A stretch of DNA of 64,000 nucleotides, from the IMG/VR virus record IMGVR_UViG_3300031853_000003, positions 32,001 to 96,000 of that record; one strand, given 5' to 3'. Below, in pieces: positions 19,860-30,390 of the stretch. The stretch is from a virus. Its lineage: Duplodnaviria; Caudoviricetes. Position numbers and translations under genes: made by a program. Numbering within the stretch: position 1 is the stretch's first letter; every line of letters starts with the position of its first letter. The notes beneath the pieces were generated by a model. It was given only the letters and a program-made list of their open reading frames with translations. It was not told the DNA's origin and ran no database searches.

Positions 19860-20395
19860 GTTACATTATTCATGATGTCATCAAGATGAATTACATCAGG
19901 ATGGGCTACCTTCCTGATTACCCGTATCATCTTATCTCTGATAAAGAGATGTGCGATGCGTTTCTCAATGATGGTGATTTCAGCTACTTTGCAGATAACT
20001 ATCCTTGTGTAGATTCTTCCTTACAGGACGAGTATGATGAACTTGTCAATAATCTGAAATGGCATCTTGAGAAGCTCAAAGCATTTCAATCTAAGAGTGC
20101 AAGCACACGAGAGTATTACATACTTCCTGATTGGGTCTACTCTTACATGTTAGGCTCAACCCTCGGTGTCAATAGTGATAAACTAGAGATACATGATATG
20201 CTTGTACTCATGGATATGGATAATCTTGATGATGTATTCACTCGTCAAGTTGCTAGAAGATGCTATCACATAAGCAAGGATTGGCTCAAGAAGCTGCCCT
20301 CTGCTCAAAAGGAACACAGATCCCCTACAATGTTCGGAGAGCTTCACGTGTTGAAGTCTCTGAGATTAGAAGCTGTAAAATTCGATAAGATATAG
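19856..20395 (+). CDS. hypothetical protein (tail cluster)
   Basis: Coupled TTG start with AGGAGG SD. Confidence 0.55.
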   Translation: MSYIIHDVIKMNYIRMGYLPDYPYHLISDKEMCDAFLNDGDFSYFADNYPCVDSSLQDEYDELVNNLKWHLEKLKAFQSKSASTREYYILPDWVYSYMLGSTLGVNSDKLEIHDMLVLMDMDNLDDVFTRQVARRCYHISKDWLKKLPSAQKEHRSPTMFGELHVLKSLRLEAVKFDKI

Positions 20396-20406
20396 AGGTG
20401 AATTAG

Positions 20407-21474
20407 ATGCAATATCTTCCTATAACAGAAGATCTCACACTTTCTGAACTTACTGATATGGTTGGCGAAAGAAACGTGTCGAGTATCCTTGCAGCTAATC
20501 ACCTCAAACGCACTCCTAATATCGGAAAACAATTTCAACAACAGTGTGATGATGCTCTCGCTGCAGGAGCGTCTATTGATGTGATAGATCCACAATCTGG
20601 AGAGCTCATTACTGTAACTAGTGATGAAGTATCCTGGCAAAGAAAGTATACAATGCTCAATGCATTATCCGGAAGTGCTGATACGTTTGAGCACGCAGCA
20701 CTGATGGGAGAAGATGATTGGGTTGTATACAACAACTTGGGAACCTTCCCAGGTATGTTAGCGATTCCAGAAACTGTTTCTCTTCCTGATACAACGTCTA
20801 CAGGAGATCTGATGGGCTCTTATGTGCCGATAGCAAGAGAAATACATCGGGCAGCACTTGCTCAGCTTTCTACGGCTCCGCATATCATTGATCCGGAGAT
20901 ATTCAATGAATACAGCACCGCACAACCTACCAACATAGCTGATAGAGGCCTTTCAGTATCTGCCCCAATGGAGTGGTTCAACCTGCCTTGGGGAGAGATA
21001 ACACTTTATTCATCTATTTCAGATACTTCGATGGACTTCCCAGTTTACCCAGAAGAGTACGAAGATGGTCGTCAAGCAGCTTATGAGCAAATGCCTGATA
21101 TGATTTATCAGTATGAACCTTGGCAAGTCTACAAGAGTTCCGGACCTCGTACAAATAATTTCACATTTGATATGCACAGAGATATGTGGACAGGAGATCA
21201 CAGAGATGGTAAGTGTAATGAGCTTATCAGGTTCTGTGAAGCAAATTGCTATCCTGAATACAAAGGCTCAGCTGTCAATACAAGTATCGTAACATTATAT
21301 GTACACGGTAGTCCGCTCATTAGAGGAGTACTTACCGCTGTCAATGTCAAGTGGGATGGTCCTATTGGACTAGACGGTTGGTATCTCCATTGCGTAGTAG
21401 GCTTGACCATAGTAGAAGTGTCTGATTCTACACTGGATTACAATTCAATGATGAGTAAGCCGTTGATTGGATAA
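20407..21474 (+). CDS. tail tube initiator/baseplate protein (gp48/gp54-like)
   Basis: YEPWQVYKSSGPRT..FTF...CYPEY...GVLTAVNVKW tube-fold motif. Confidence 0.6.
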   Translation: MQYLPITEDLTLSELTDMVGERNVSSILAANHLKRTPNIGKQFQQQCDDALAAGASIDVIDPQSGELITVTSDEVSWQRKYTMLNALSGSADTFEHAALMGEDDWVVYNNLGTFPGMLAIPETVSLPDTTSTGDLMGSYVPIAREIHRAALAQLSTAPHIIDPEIFNEYSTAQPTNIADRGLSVSAPMEWFNLPWGEITLYSSISDTSMDFPVYPEEYEDGRQAAYEQMPDMIYQYEPWQVYKSSGPRTNNFTFDMHRDMWTGDHRDGKCNELIRFCEANCYPEYKGSAVNTSIVTLYVHGSPLIRGVLTAVNVKWDGPIGLDGWYLHCVVGLTIVEVSDSTLDYNSMMSKPLIG

Positions 21475-21486
21475 GGAGAAGTATCA

Positions 21487-21909
21487 ATGAAGTTCTACGA
21501 CACCTTAATTCCATATATAACAATAGAACACACAGGTATTCAGTATACAACGTGTAAGGACTTCAAGCACATAAGTAGGTATCAATGTCTAAGACAAGTT
21601 ATTCACAATCCGCATGAGACAGATAGATTCACTACGCTTGAAACTACTAATCCGTTCATAACAAACACTGAGGTTGAATACTATGATGTACCCGCTGTGG
21701 AAGAGAACAGGCTTGACATCATTGCAAGTAAGTTCTTAGGCTCAGCACAATATGGTTGGGTCATCGCTTACTTCAATCATATAGAAGACGGCTTCACAGT
21801 GAAAGAGGGGCAGCGTATAATCATACCTAAGAGCATTTCAGCTCTGTTTGCAAAGGGTGAGATACTTGCGTCTGTTTCGCCATATCAATTGAATCTGGGA
21901 GAGGAATAA
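21487..21909 (+). CDS. LysM-type baseplate wedge protein (gp53-like)
   Basis: ENRLDIIASKFLGSAQYGWVIAYFN...GQRIIIP. Confidence 0.75.
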   Translation: MKFYDTLIPYITIEHTGIQYTTCKDFKHISRYQCLRQVIHNPHETDRFTTLETTNPFITNTEVEYYDVPAVEENRLDIIASKFLGSAQYGWVIAYFNHIEDGFTVKEGQRIIIPKSISALFAKGEILASVSPYQLNLGEE

Positions 21910-22463
21910 TGAAAAGAGTGATCAACATGAACCCACGTCACAATGAGTACGATGCATATCTGGAACAGCATATTACAGGAGTGCAAAGAGCTTGGCACGA
22001 AATACTCGAGCCTGCACTTACTGATAACATAGATGTCATTGATATCACAGTAGAAGACTTTTCTACTATCGATGATCTTGTTAGACGTCATGATGAGTCT
22101 AAGTATCAGTCAGATGAATATGACGCTTATTGCAATTACTTCTATCCTTGTGAAGGATTTGAGAAAGATCAGGAAGCGTTTGATTTGGCCTGGCTTCATC
22201 ATAGCCACGTCAATCCTCATCATCACCAGTATTGGGTGCTTGTTCGTGAAGAAGGCGAGCTTGTTCCATTGGATATGCCGATACCATATATCTGCGAGAT
22301 GTTGTGCGACTGGCACTCCTTCACATTGAGAGATCCTGAATCAACTGCTTATAAGTGGTGGCAGGACAATCAACGCAAGATGACCTTATCTGATAACACA
22401 GTTGAGGTAATAGAAGCTATCATAGGCTTCATGAAAGAGCCATTATCTAAGCCCGAGGAGTGA
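21909..22463 (+). CDS. HD-like metal-dependent phosphohydrolase (DUF5662-like)
   Basis: H..V; HDESKY; AWLHH..VNPHH.QYW; EMLCDW. Confidence 0.7.
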   Translation: MKRVINMNPRHNEYDAYLEQHITGVQRAWHEILEPALTDNIDVIDITVEDFSTIDDLVRRHDESKYQSDEYDAYCNYFYPCEGFEKDQEAFDLAWLHHSHVNPHHHQYWVLVREEGELVPLDMPIPYICEMLCDWHSFTLRDPESTAYKWWQDNQRKMTLSDNTVEVIEAIIGFMKEPLSKPEE

Positions 22464-22469
22464 TGACTG

Positions 22470-23924
22470 ATGAAGAGACAGCCCTTCTGCAACTTCATGC
22501 TTGCTGGCACCGCGATATCGGAATTCGGGCTGAAGATACCATCTCCTTTCATTTCACTTGAACTAAGCAATTCTCAGATATCTAGTATGACCCAATGGAC
22601 ATTGAACTGTACGGTATCTGGTAGTGACAGAGATAAAATGAATATAGCAGCGTTTGAAGCACTTCTTTATAGCGCCGCACAGGATGCAAGTAGCTACGCT
22701 AATTCAAGTGGAATACCTGTATCCTTTTTATTTGGATGGTTGGACGAAGCTGGAAATGTTTCCGATTACATCTCCTATCAAGGCTTCACACTTCAATTCA
22801 CTGTATCGACTTCTGGATTGTATATGAAGTATTCTGTTAAGGGCTATGCTACGCTTGCATTACAAAGTAGTATGCCTGTACTTCGGATACCTGCAGTCAG
22901 TGGCATCGTACAACCGTCTGCTATTGTAGAAGCACTTGCTAAAGCTGTTAAAGCTGATACATACTATCAGCTTGATATAGATCATAATGACGCACCTACC
23001 CTTGTAGAGCATGGTGCGCTTACTACTAGTTTCAACAGATATGTACGTGGACAGTATTCTGGCAAAGATGATTATGACAACTTCCCAGGGCTCTTGACAT
23101 TGTCGAAATCATATAGTGCAACACGTGACGCAGCTGGACTAGATTCGCGGAAGGCGAGATCGCTGAGTCAGGTGATGAACAATGCAACTATAACTCCTGT
23201 AAGTGACTTCTTGAAGAAGAGCTTGACAGACAACACAATCCAGTGTACTTCATTCTCGTACTGGGTAGATGAACCTACAATGACTCAACCTGGTACAATT
23301 CACTACAAGAGTAACGCAGGACTTGCTACATCTCAGATGTCAGATGTACTTGAATTTGGAACAGCAAATTCAAACATATTGACACTACAAGGTTCATATA
23401 ATGGTGTTGCTTACAACATGACTGATATGAACTTCAAACAAGTAGGCTTCACTATAGACGGTAGTGGTAATACCATAACAGAAGATGAACAAGTTGTTAA
23501 TAGCTGGAGTAGTTCTCTTGCAGACACATTCCAATCTGCAAATATCATAAATGATCTCAATGCTCTTGCATCTCAATTCAGCGGTGACTTTACAATACAA
23601 ATACCTGGAAGTGTTACAGAGTATTCAATAGCACAGCCGATCTCATTGCTTGTGATGTCAGGTAACACAGTATCTCCAGTAACAGGAATATACAACATCA
23701 TATCTGTATCACATTCAGTATCAAATTCATTCATAACTACACTTAAGGTGCAGCGTCTTGTAATGAGCTCTGCATCATCAGTGGCAACAAGCCAAGGAAT
23801 ATATGTATCGGGAAGCAGCCAATACAAGAAGAATTCATATTCTACAACATCAAATATCAAGAGTCCATATCAAGTAGATTTTGGAACAGTTTATCCAACA
23901 TTCGAACATATGACAACTACATGA
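22470..23924 (+). CDS. baseplate hub protein (gp27/late-control-D-like)
   Basis: FGW motif; C-terminal TGIYNIISVSHSV..FITTLKV. Confidence 0.6.
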   Translation: MKRQPFCNFMLAGTAISEFGLKIPSPFISLELSNSQISSMTQWTLNCTVSGSDRDKMNIAAFEALLYSAAQDASSYANSSGIPVSFLFGWLDEAGNVSDYISYQGFTLQFTVSTSGLYMKYSVKGYATLALQSSMPVLRIPAVSGIVQPSAIVEALAKAVKADTYYQLDIDHNDAPTLVEHGALTTSFNRYVRGQYSGKDDYDNFPGLLTLSKSYSATRDAAGLDSRKARSLSQVMNNATITPVSDFLKKSLTDNTIQCTSFSYWVDEPTMTQPGTIHYKSNAGLATSQMSDVLEFGTANSNILTLQGSYNGVAYNMTDMNFKQVGFTIDGSGNTITEDEQVVNSWSSSLADTFQSANIINDLNALASQFSGDFTIQIPGSVTEYSIAQPISLLVMSGNTVSPVTGIYNIISVSHSVSNSFITTLKVQRLVMSSASSVATSQGIYVSGSSQYKKNSYSTTSNIKSPYQVDFGTVYPTFEHMTTT

Positions 23925-23932
23925 GGTAACAG

Positions 23933-24430
23933 ATGATAATTGAAAACTGCGAAATAACTAAATCAAATGCAGAGATACTAATTCCATATATTGGAAGCAC
24001 CAAAAGTGGAGATTACAAGAGATATAGGTTTCTTCATGATGGTATCACATTGAAAGCAACTAATGCGTATTCTCCTTGTTTCGGCACAGTTGTAAGTGTA
24101 GGGCAATCTGCTGATAATACATATACAATTAGTATACAGTACAATGCATTCTCGTTACTTCGCATCTGTAATCTATCGACATGTAATGTTAAAGCTGGTC
24201 AAGCTATATCTACTAATACACATATAGGTACAGCTAAGAGTAAGATAAAAGTTGAGTATGCTACTAACAGGAGTGAAGGATCTGCTTCGGTTGTTCGCGT
24301 GGATGGTAACACATATTATAAACATGATCCAAGTAGTATCTTGGCGAGTTTTAACAAGTTTGTTGCAGATAACATCATTCTGGCTGTACCAGATAGCGTA
24401 AAGTTGATGTTGAGTAATAATCGAGGTTAA
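23933..24430 (+). CDS. degenerate M23 peptidase-like protein
   Basis: HDGITL..AYSPCFGTVV...NL...VKAGQ.I...IG; the HxH zinc motif is absent. Confidence 0.5.
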   Translation: MIIENCEITKSNAEILIPYIGSTKSGDYKRYRFLHDGITLKATNAYSPCFGTVVSVGQSADNTYTISIQYNAFSLLRICNLSTCNVKAGQAISTNTHIGTAKSKIKVEYATNRSEGSASVVRVDGNTYYKHDPSSILASFNKFVADNIILAVPDSVKLMLSNNRG

Positions 24431-24433
24431 TAG

Positions 24434-25648
24434 ATGAGTAACAGCGCACTTGCTACAGTACGAATAATAAGTCCGAATAAGAATAGCCCCAGGAGCAAGA
24501 AGATAGACTGCATAGCTATACATTGTATGGCGGGTAATCTATCTGCTGAAAGCTGCGGACACTTGTTTGCTGCTTCGAGCACACAAGCATCCTCAAACTA
24601 CGGAATTGGGTCAGATGGTACGATAGGCATCTATGTAGATGAAGGAGATAGGAGCTGGTGCACATCTAATAGTATAGATGAGCAAGCTATTACCATCGAG
24701 GTTGCGAATACATCTGCCTCAGAACCATTTCCAGTTTCACAGAAAGCATACGCAGCATTGCTCAATCTGGTTACTGATATATGTCGTAGAAATGGCATAA
24801 AGAAACTCAAGTGGCTCAATAACAAGCAGTACGGGCTAGAACATCGGACAGATCTTCAAAACATGGTTGTCCATAGATGGTATGCTGCAAAGAGTTGTCC
24901 AGGAACTTATCTTTTCAACGTGATGGGTGATATAGCAAGCGAAGTGAATCGTCGACTTGAGAATAAGACGCCGATTGACACAATGCCTGCTGGTGGAGAG
25001 AATGGCACGCCTGAGAATTCAGATGGCACGAGTAGCGGAAGTGGGCTATCTTCTATACAAGTAAACTACGAAGATCTGAATCCGTACATTGTAACATTGA
25101 CTCGCACCACCCACATTGTAAAGGAATCTGAGTGGGACAAGTTGAAAGCTGCTCGTGTAAGTGGTGCACTTGTAGAAGCTGGCTATCTGTATGATGGATC
25201 ACACAGACAAGTTGATTTCAGAAACCCTCGATTGAAAGCACATGTAGAGTCATTAGAGAGGGCGAAACTTCCTTGGGGGCTGTATTCTGAGATGCGTGCA
25301 AAGAATACATCTGAAGCAGAACAAGAACTTGAAGAGATTCAACCGTGTGTGCGACTCTATCCTCCGGAATTAGGATTCTGGCTGCAATGTACTTTCACTA
25401 AGAGCGTTGCTGTCAACGACAGAATACTTCAAACATATTATACAGAATTTGAGAGACTTGGTCTCAAAAACAAGATAGGAATCATATGCACAAAGAAACA
25501 ACTTGATGATATATCATGGGAGAAGAAATGGTCAGATTATTACTGTCTATGGCTTGTTGAACACATAACAGATACTTCTGAATTGGAAACACTTCTTACT
25601 CCTACATTTTTCTTGAGTGGAAAGGGGGAGAACGCCAACCGTGGCTAA
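24434..25648 (+). CDS. N-acetylmuramoyl-L-alanine amidase + degenerate GH25-like domain
   Basis: IHCMAG, SSNYGI, TIEVAN, VHRW, KSCPG; C-terminal TIM-barrel-like region lacks the DxE motif. Confidence 0.75.
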   Translation: MSNSALATVRIISPNKNSPRSKKIDCIAIHCMAGNLSAESCGHLFAASSTQASSNYGIGSDGTIGIYVDEGDRSWCTSNSIDEQAITIEVANTSASEPFPVSQKAYAALLNLVTDICRRNGIKKLKWLNNKQYGLEHRTDLQNMVVHRWYAAKSCPGTYLFNVMGDIASEVNRRLENKTPIDTMPAGGENGTPENSDGTSSGSGLSSIQVNYEDLNPYIVTLTRTTHIVKESEWDKLKAARVSGALVEAGYLYDGSHRQVDFRNPRLKAHVESLERAKLPWGLYSEMRAKNTSEAEQELEEIQPCVRLYPPELGFWLQCTFTKSVAVNDRILQTYYTEFERLGLKNKIGIICTKKQLDDISWEKKWSDYYCLWLVEHITDTSELETLLTPTFFLSGKGENANRG

Positions 25649-27701
25649 CTTTACTCCTCGACTTACAGCTCCGTCTACTTCAAATTCATATTACTTTTCA
25701 AGAAATCCGTTTTATCCTACATATGGTATGCCTAACTGCACTTGTTATGCATTTGGCAGATTCTGGGAGATTTCTGGACAGTATCCTAGATTGTGTACTA
25801 TGGATGCACATAGCTGGTATGGTTATAATGATGGGTACGCTAGAGGCAAAACTCCTAGACTTGGTGCAATTGCATGTTACTATAATTACTATACGCCATA
25901 TGAAGGCGGACATGTATGTGTTGTTGAGCAGATAAAGAGCGATACGCACATTGTTGTTTCTAATAGCGGATGGGGCGGAGATTTTTTCTATCTAACTGAT
26001 GTATACAAAACGTCAACAGGTGCATGGCAGTATAATTCTGTAAGAATATTTCAAGGATTTATATATAATCCAGCAGTTGCGTCTGGTGCCGTTGCAAATG
26101 AAGCTGTTGCGTTTTCCAAATTTATATCTACTGCGTTAGGTCAAGTTGGGAAGACTAATACATGGGTCTGTTCTAAGGTTGGTATCGATAGATCACAACC
26201 TTGGTGTGGTGCCTTCATAGCTGCTTGCGCAAAAGAAGCTGGAATTGCTGGTAAGGTTATATCTACAGGGTGGACAACAACTGCGCAGATGTGCGGTGAC
26301 GGAGTAACTTGTAAGGGACAATTTTATAAGGGACCTTATCAGGGAGTAGTTACTAAACCGCAGGTAGGTGACATCTGCGGAACAATGAATGTAGGTGGCT
26401 ATGTTGTAGGAACATACGGATGCTCGCATGTAGGAATAGTTACAAAGGTCAATTCTGATTCGTTTGAATTCACGTCTGGTAACTCTACTTCAGGATCAAA
26501 TGAGTCTACGTTAGTAACAACTAGAACATATAAATTCAGCGATAAAGCAGTATTTGGTTACTACAGGCCTAAATGGTCTGAAGTAGGCGGGACTACTGAT
26601 GCTATAGCTAGTAACGGATATACAGCAATTGGTGGAGCTCCTCTCTACGAATTCGAGAATACAAAAGATGACGCAACAGTAAGAGAGGTCTGCTATATGA
26701 AGGACGCAGAACCTTCTATAAAATTATCAGATATGAAATTATCTGTAGTGAACTACACCAGGATAGTAGGTCCGCTTTCAGAAGTTCTAGGTGTATCCGG
26801 ATCTAGCTCAGATTATGGAGATGGATCTGTTGATTTCAGTGGTATCAGTAATGCTAACGCTAAAACAATTGGCGAGTATCTAGTAAGCAAAGGTCTAACT
26901 GCTGCGCAAGCTGTAGGGTTTCTTGCTAACATTGAACACGAAAGCGGGTACAGCCCATCGGCTGTTAATCCTGATAGCGGAGCTTCTGGAATATGTCAAT
27001 GGCTAGGCGGACGATATGCTGCTATGGTGAATAAATGCGGTGCTAACTGGAAAAGTAATCTATCAGGTCAGCTCGATTATCTTTGGTATGAACTTGAACA
27101 TTCTGAGAATGCTACCTTGAAGAAACTCCAATCGCAGATAACATCTAATTCTGAAGCAATGGCAATGGAAGCTGCACGAATTGTATGCAATAGTTTTGAA
27201 CGACCTGGTGATGGTTACGATTCAGCTAGAGCTGCAACTGCTAAGACTCTATGGAGCAAGATCAAGATAACGACAACAACTGTAACACTTACTGGTTCAG
27301 ATAATGAAACTAAGATATGGAATTTCTTGATTAGCAAAGGATATTCTAGAGCTGCAACTGCTGCTGTCGCAGGAAACATGTATTGGGAGAGCGGATTCAA
27401 TCCTAAATCTTATACAGCGAATGATAGTGGATATGGTCCAGGAGGCGGATTATGTGGATGGCTTGCCTGTTATTTTGGTAATATGTGGGAGAAGTCACTT
27501 GAAGAGCAATTGAACTTTGTTGTTAACACCTTCATACCGACTCAGAATAAACAATACGGATATTTGACTTTGCAACAATTCAAATCTGGGACAGATGCTT
27601 CTTTCTTAGCAGGATACTTTGATGATTACATTGAAAGATCATCTGGAGCATTTAGAAGTAAACGACAGGCTACAGCACTTGAAATACTCAAACGTCATTG
27701 A
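25641..27701 (+). CDS. virion-associated peptidoglycan hydrolase: 2 CHAP domains + 2 phage tail lysozyme domains
   Basis: NCTCY..GHVCVVE; PWCGAF..SHVGIV; ANIEHESG..GICQW..FERP; GNMYWESG..GLCGW. GTG start after AAAGGGGG. Confidence 0.8.
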   Translation: MANFTPRLTAPSTSNSYYFSRNPFYPTYGMPNCTCYAFGRFWEISGQYPRLCTMDAHSWYGYNDGYARGKTPRLGAIACYYNYYTPYEGGHVCVVEQIKSDTHIVVSNSGWGGDFFYLTDVYKTSTGAWQYNSVRIFQGFIYNPAVASGAVANEAVAFSKFISTALGQVGKTNTWVCSKVGIDRSQPWCGAFIAACAKEAGIAGKVISTGWTTTAQMCGDGVTCKGQFYKGPYQGVVTKPQVGDICGTMNVGGYVVGTYGCSHVGIVTKVNSDSFEFTSGNSTSGSNESTLVTTRTYKFSDKAVFGYYRPKWSEVGGTTDAIASNGYTAIGGAPLYEFENTKDDATVREVCYMKDAEPSIKLSDMKLSVVNYTRIVGPLSEVLGVSGSSSDYGDGSVDFSGISNANAKTIGEYLVSKGLTAAQAVGFLANIEHESGYSPSAVNPDSGASGICQWLGGRYAAMVNKCGANWKSNLSGQLDYLWYELEHSENATLKKLQSQITSNSEAMAMEAARIVCNSFERPGDGYDSARAATAKTLWSKIKITTTTVTLTGSDNETKIWNFLISKGYSRAATAAVAGNMYWESGFNPKSYTANDSGYGPGGGLCGWLACYFGNMWEKSLEEQLNFVVNTFIPTQNKQYGYLTLQQFKSGTDASFLAGYFDDYIERSSGAFRSKRQATALEILKRH

Positions 27702-27712
27702 GGTGAATCTAC

Positions 27713-28009
27713 TTGGTTACATACGGATATGTTAAGGACACTCGATATGAGAATGATGGCACACTCATGATAAAGGTACGCATACCTAATATACATGGTC
27801 CGAATTCTCAGAAAGAGTATAAGGGCAAGGTTGTACGAAATTACACATTTGATGCAGATCTACCGTTCTATCCAGCATTGCAGATGTCACCGTTACCTGT
27901 TACCGATGAAGTAGTTGCGTTATTATCTACAAATGATAGTAATAGTAATTTCTTAGTTATCGGCAGTACTGGCGGGCATTATATAACAAACATAGGCGGT
28001 CCAGGTTGA
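27713..28009 (+). CDS. baseplate spike OB-fold protein (gp5 N-terminal-like)
   Basis: IKVRIPNIHG...P..DEVV..L...FLVIG. Confidence 0.6.
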   Translation: MVTYGYVKDTRYENDGTLMIKVRIPNIHGPNSQKEYKGKVVRNYTFDADLPFYPALQMSPLPVTDEVVALLSTNDSNSNFLVIGSTGGHYITNIGGPG

Positions 28010-28023
28010 TATAGGAGGCACAT

Positions 28024-28431
28024 ATGGCAGCAAAAACAACATCACTTGCATTTCCGTCAATGTTTGATGTATCTAGAAACAGAGTGCAAGTACTGACTGA
28101 CAACGTATCAATCGTCAATCGGTCAAGACTGCTCATGTTAACTGAGCCTACTGAGCTCTACAATGAGCTTGAATTTGGAGTAGGTCTTCGAAGATACATC
28201 TGGCAATACAATACAGAGAATACAAAAGCAATCATCAAAGAGAGAATCGTCAAGCAGCTTGATAGGTTTGAACCCTGTGTTGAAGCTAGTAAGACCGCAT
28301 TTGCTGACGGACTTCTTTTCACTGGTGACAATGACCCAAATCTCAGCTCTGCACAAGAATTCAATCAGTTGAAGATGACGGTTGGATTGCGTACAAAATA
28401 CGGCGATACTGTTCAAGTAAAGGTGGACTAA
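28024..28431 (+). CDS. baseplate wedge/sheath initiator (gp25-like)
   Basis: LLMLTEPTELY..EFGVGL..YIW...LDRFEP. Confidence 0.75.
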   Translation: MAAKTTSLAFPSMFDVSRNRVQVLTDNVSIVNRSRLLMLTEPTELYNELEFGVGLRRYIWQYNTENTKAIIKERIVKQLDRFEPCVEASKTAFADGLLFTGDNDPNLSSAQEFNQLKMTVGLRTKYGDTVQVKVD

Positions 28432-28432
28432 C

Positions 28433-30367
28433 ATGGATAACAACAGAGGTATGATAAATTACACTGATCGAGATTACGAGAGCATCATGAAAGACTTCTG
28501 GGCTCTTGTACCTGCGTTGACAGAGCTCTGGAAGCCGGAGGCGGTTGAGCGTTTGGACAAGGAGGACGTTGACCTCTGGAAGCCAGAAGCTGATGCAGAT
28601 CCGGGTGTTGTTCTCGGCAAGTGGCTTGCAAGTGTAGCGAATATGCTCGGAGTCAATGTAGATTGGCTTGCCAATGAGATATTTGCTCCGTCAGTATCTC
28701 AGCGTAAGAATGCTGAGAAGATATTCGGACTCATCGGATATGAACTTGGGTGGTACACTGCCGCAAGGACAGAAGTAACATTCACAAATAGCTCGGATTC
28801 AGATATCTCATTCAACTTAGGATTCAACGGAGCAAACTTCGCAACGCTGAATGCTTACACTGACATAGCTGATAACTCTCGTGTTATTACATATAATATA
28901 TTGCCGTCTACAAACACATACGGAGCAACAGAAAGCCGCAGTCGAAGAACTGTTGCAACATCTAATCTTGATGTTTTCACTAACACCGACAAAGTATATC
29001 TGAAACCTGGTGAGAGTGTAACACGTGTTGCTATTGAAGGCGAATTGAGAAGCTATACACTTTCCGTGAAAGATATCATCGCTAACAATTACATCATTCG
29101 ACTTCCTTCTCAGCATATCGACACAACTGCCATATGGGTGAAAGCTAAAGCGTCAAGAGGTAGCACGCAGTTCCTCAAGACGCAATGGATCCAATGTAGC
29201 AGCGCAGCTGAATTCGTTCAACCCGAGCCGAGATTCGCTGTCACATATGATTCATACTCTAACGCACAGATTCAGATAAGCAACTACCTCAATCAGCTAG
29301 AAGATTACAGCGATAACTACTTGACAATCTTCTGGATTGATTGCTCAGGTATTATCGGCTGTGTTGGCCAGAATGTATTGCAGAACTTCTTACCAGCTAT
29401 TGGAGATGCTCCTGATGAAGAGTCTGGAATTCTCACAGTGTCCAATCTGTCAAACACAGTCGAGCTTCCGAACACCTATACAGTAACAGGTAGAAGTCCT
29501 GAGACTGCAAAGGAAGCGTATTACAACAGTCGTAACTACATCAACACATTTGACAGTTTAGTGACCCTGCCGGATTTCAACAGATTCTTGAATAGAGAAG
29601 CTGGTGTCGATTGCGGACTTGTTATCGACTGCCAGAAGGCGCTTGAGATCAACATGGCCATCTACAACGACAAGTCTCTCACAGATAGCCAGAAGTCAAA
29701 GATGTATATCACCAACTACGACTTCCCGGCAGGCGAGCCTATACATGATTGGAAATCCGTATTGAATCTAGGATTTGATCCAGAAGATCCAAACAACTTT
29801 GTGTTCGCAGCCAACTTCCATACATACACAGCGATGTGTTTCGCAATTCACAATGATTTCAAAAACAGCTCGTTCGGCAACGGTAGCATAGCTCATGCAC
29901 AAGTAGAAGATGGTGTGAAGTTCCAGAGATACAAACCTCCGGTACAATTCATTGAGAACGTGAAGAGAGATTATCGTCCTTTACAGGCGATGTCAGTCGA
30001 ACTCGAATTCGGCTATCTGAGAATCTTCCCTTGGTATGTAGTAGGTCAGATCTATCCGAAGAAACCTGTATCCTCTGACGTAGCTGCAAATCTTGTAGCG
30101 AAGGTCAAGGAAGCACTCGCAATGTATTTCGCTCCTGCAAACAGACGTATTGGGCAGAAGCCTACTGTGATGGAAGTCGTTGATGTTGTCAGAAAGTGCG
30201 ACAGCAACATAGATTACTTCGATGCAGGCAGCTTGAAAAACAATGTCATCACATGGAAGAATTGTGATCCAGAGTACTTCAATCCCATTTCATTCTGTAA
30301 GTATTCCGACCTAGGTTCAGACGCAAATAATATTCGTATTGCACCGGAATACATTATAGATAATTAA
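28433..30367 (+). CDS. baseplate wedge protein (gp6/J-like)
   Basis: YTDRDYESI, DPGVVL, LIGYEL..AART, G.SPET..E, LVTLPDF. Confidence 0.75.
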   Translation: MDNNRGMINYTDRDYESIMKDFWALVPALTELWKPEAVERLDKEDVDLWKPEADADPGVVLGKWLASVANMLGVNVDWLANEIFAPSVSQRKNAEKIFGLIGYELGWYTAARTEVTFTNSSDSDISFNLGFNGANFATLNAYTDIADNSRVITYNILPSTNTYGATESRSRRTVATSNLDVFTNTDKVYLKPGESVTRVAIEGELRSYTLSVKDIIANNYIIRLPSQHIDTTAIWVKAKASRGSTQFLKTQWIQCSSAAEFVQPEPRFAVTYDSYSNAQIQISNYLNQLEDYSDNYLTIFWIDCSGIIGCVGQNVLQNFLPAIGDAPDEESGILTVSNLSNTVELPNTYTVTGRSPETAKEAYYNSRNYINTFDSLVTLPDFNRFLNREAGVDCGLVIDCQKALEINMAIYNDKSLTDSQKSKMYITNYDFPAGEPIHDWKSVLNLGFDPEDPNNFVFAANFHTYTAMCFAIHNDFKNSSFGNGSIAHAQVEDGVKFQRYKPPVQFIENVKRDYRPLQAMSVELEFGYLRIFPWYVVGQIYPKKPVSSDVAANLVAKVKEALAMYFAPANRRIGQKPTVMEVVDVVRKCDSNIDYFDAGSLKNNVITWKNCDPEYFNPISFCKYSDLGSDANNIRIAPEYIIDN

Positions 30368-30390
30368 AATCCTGATTCGTTATATAGTAC

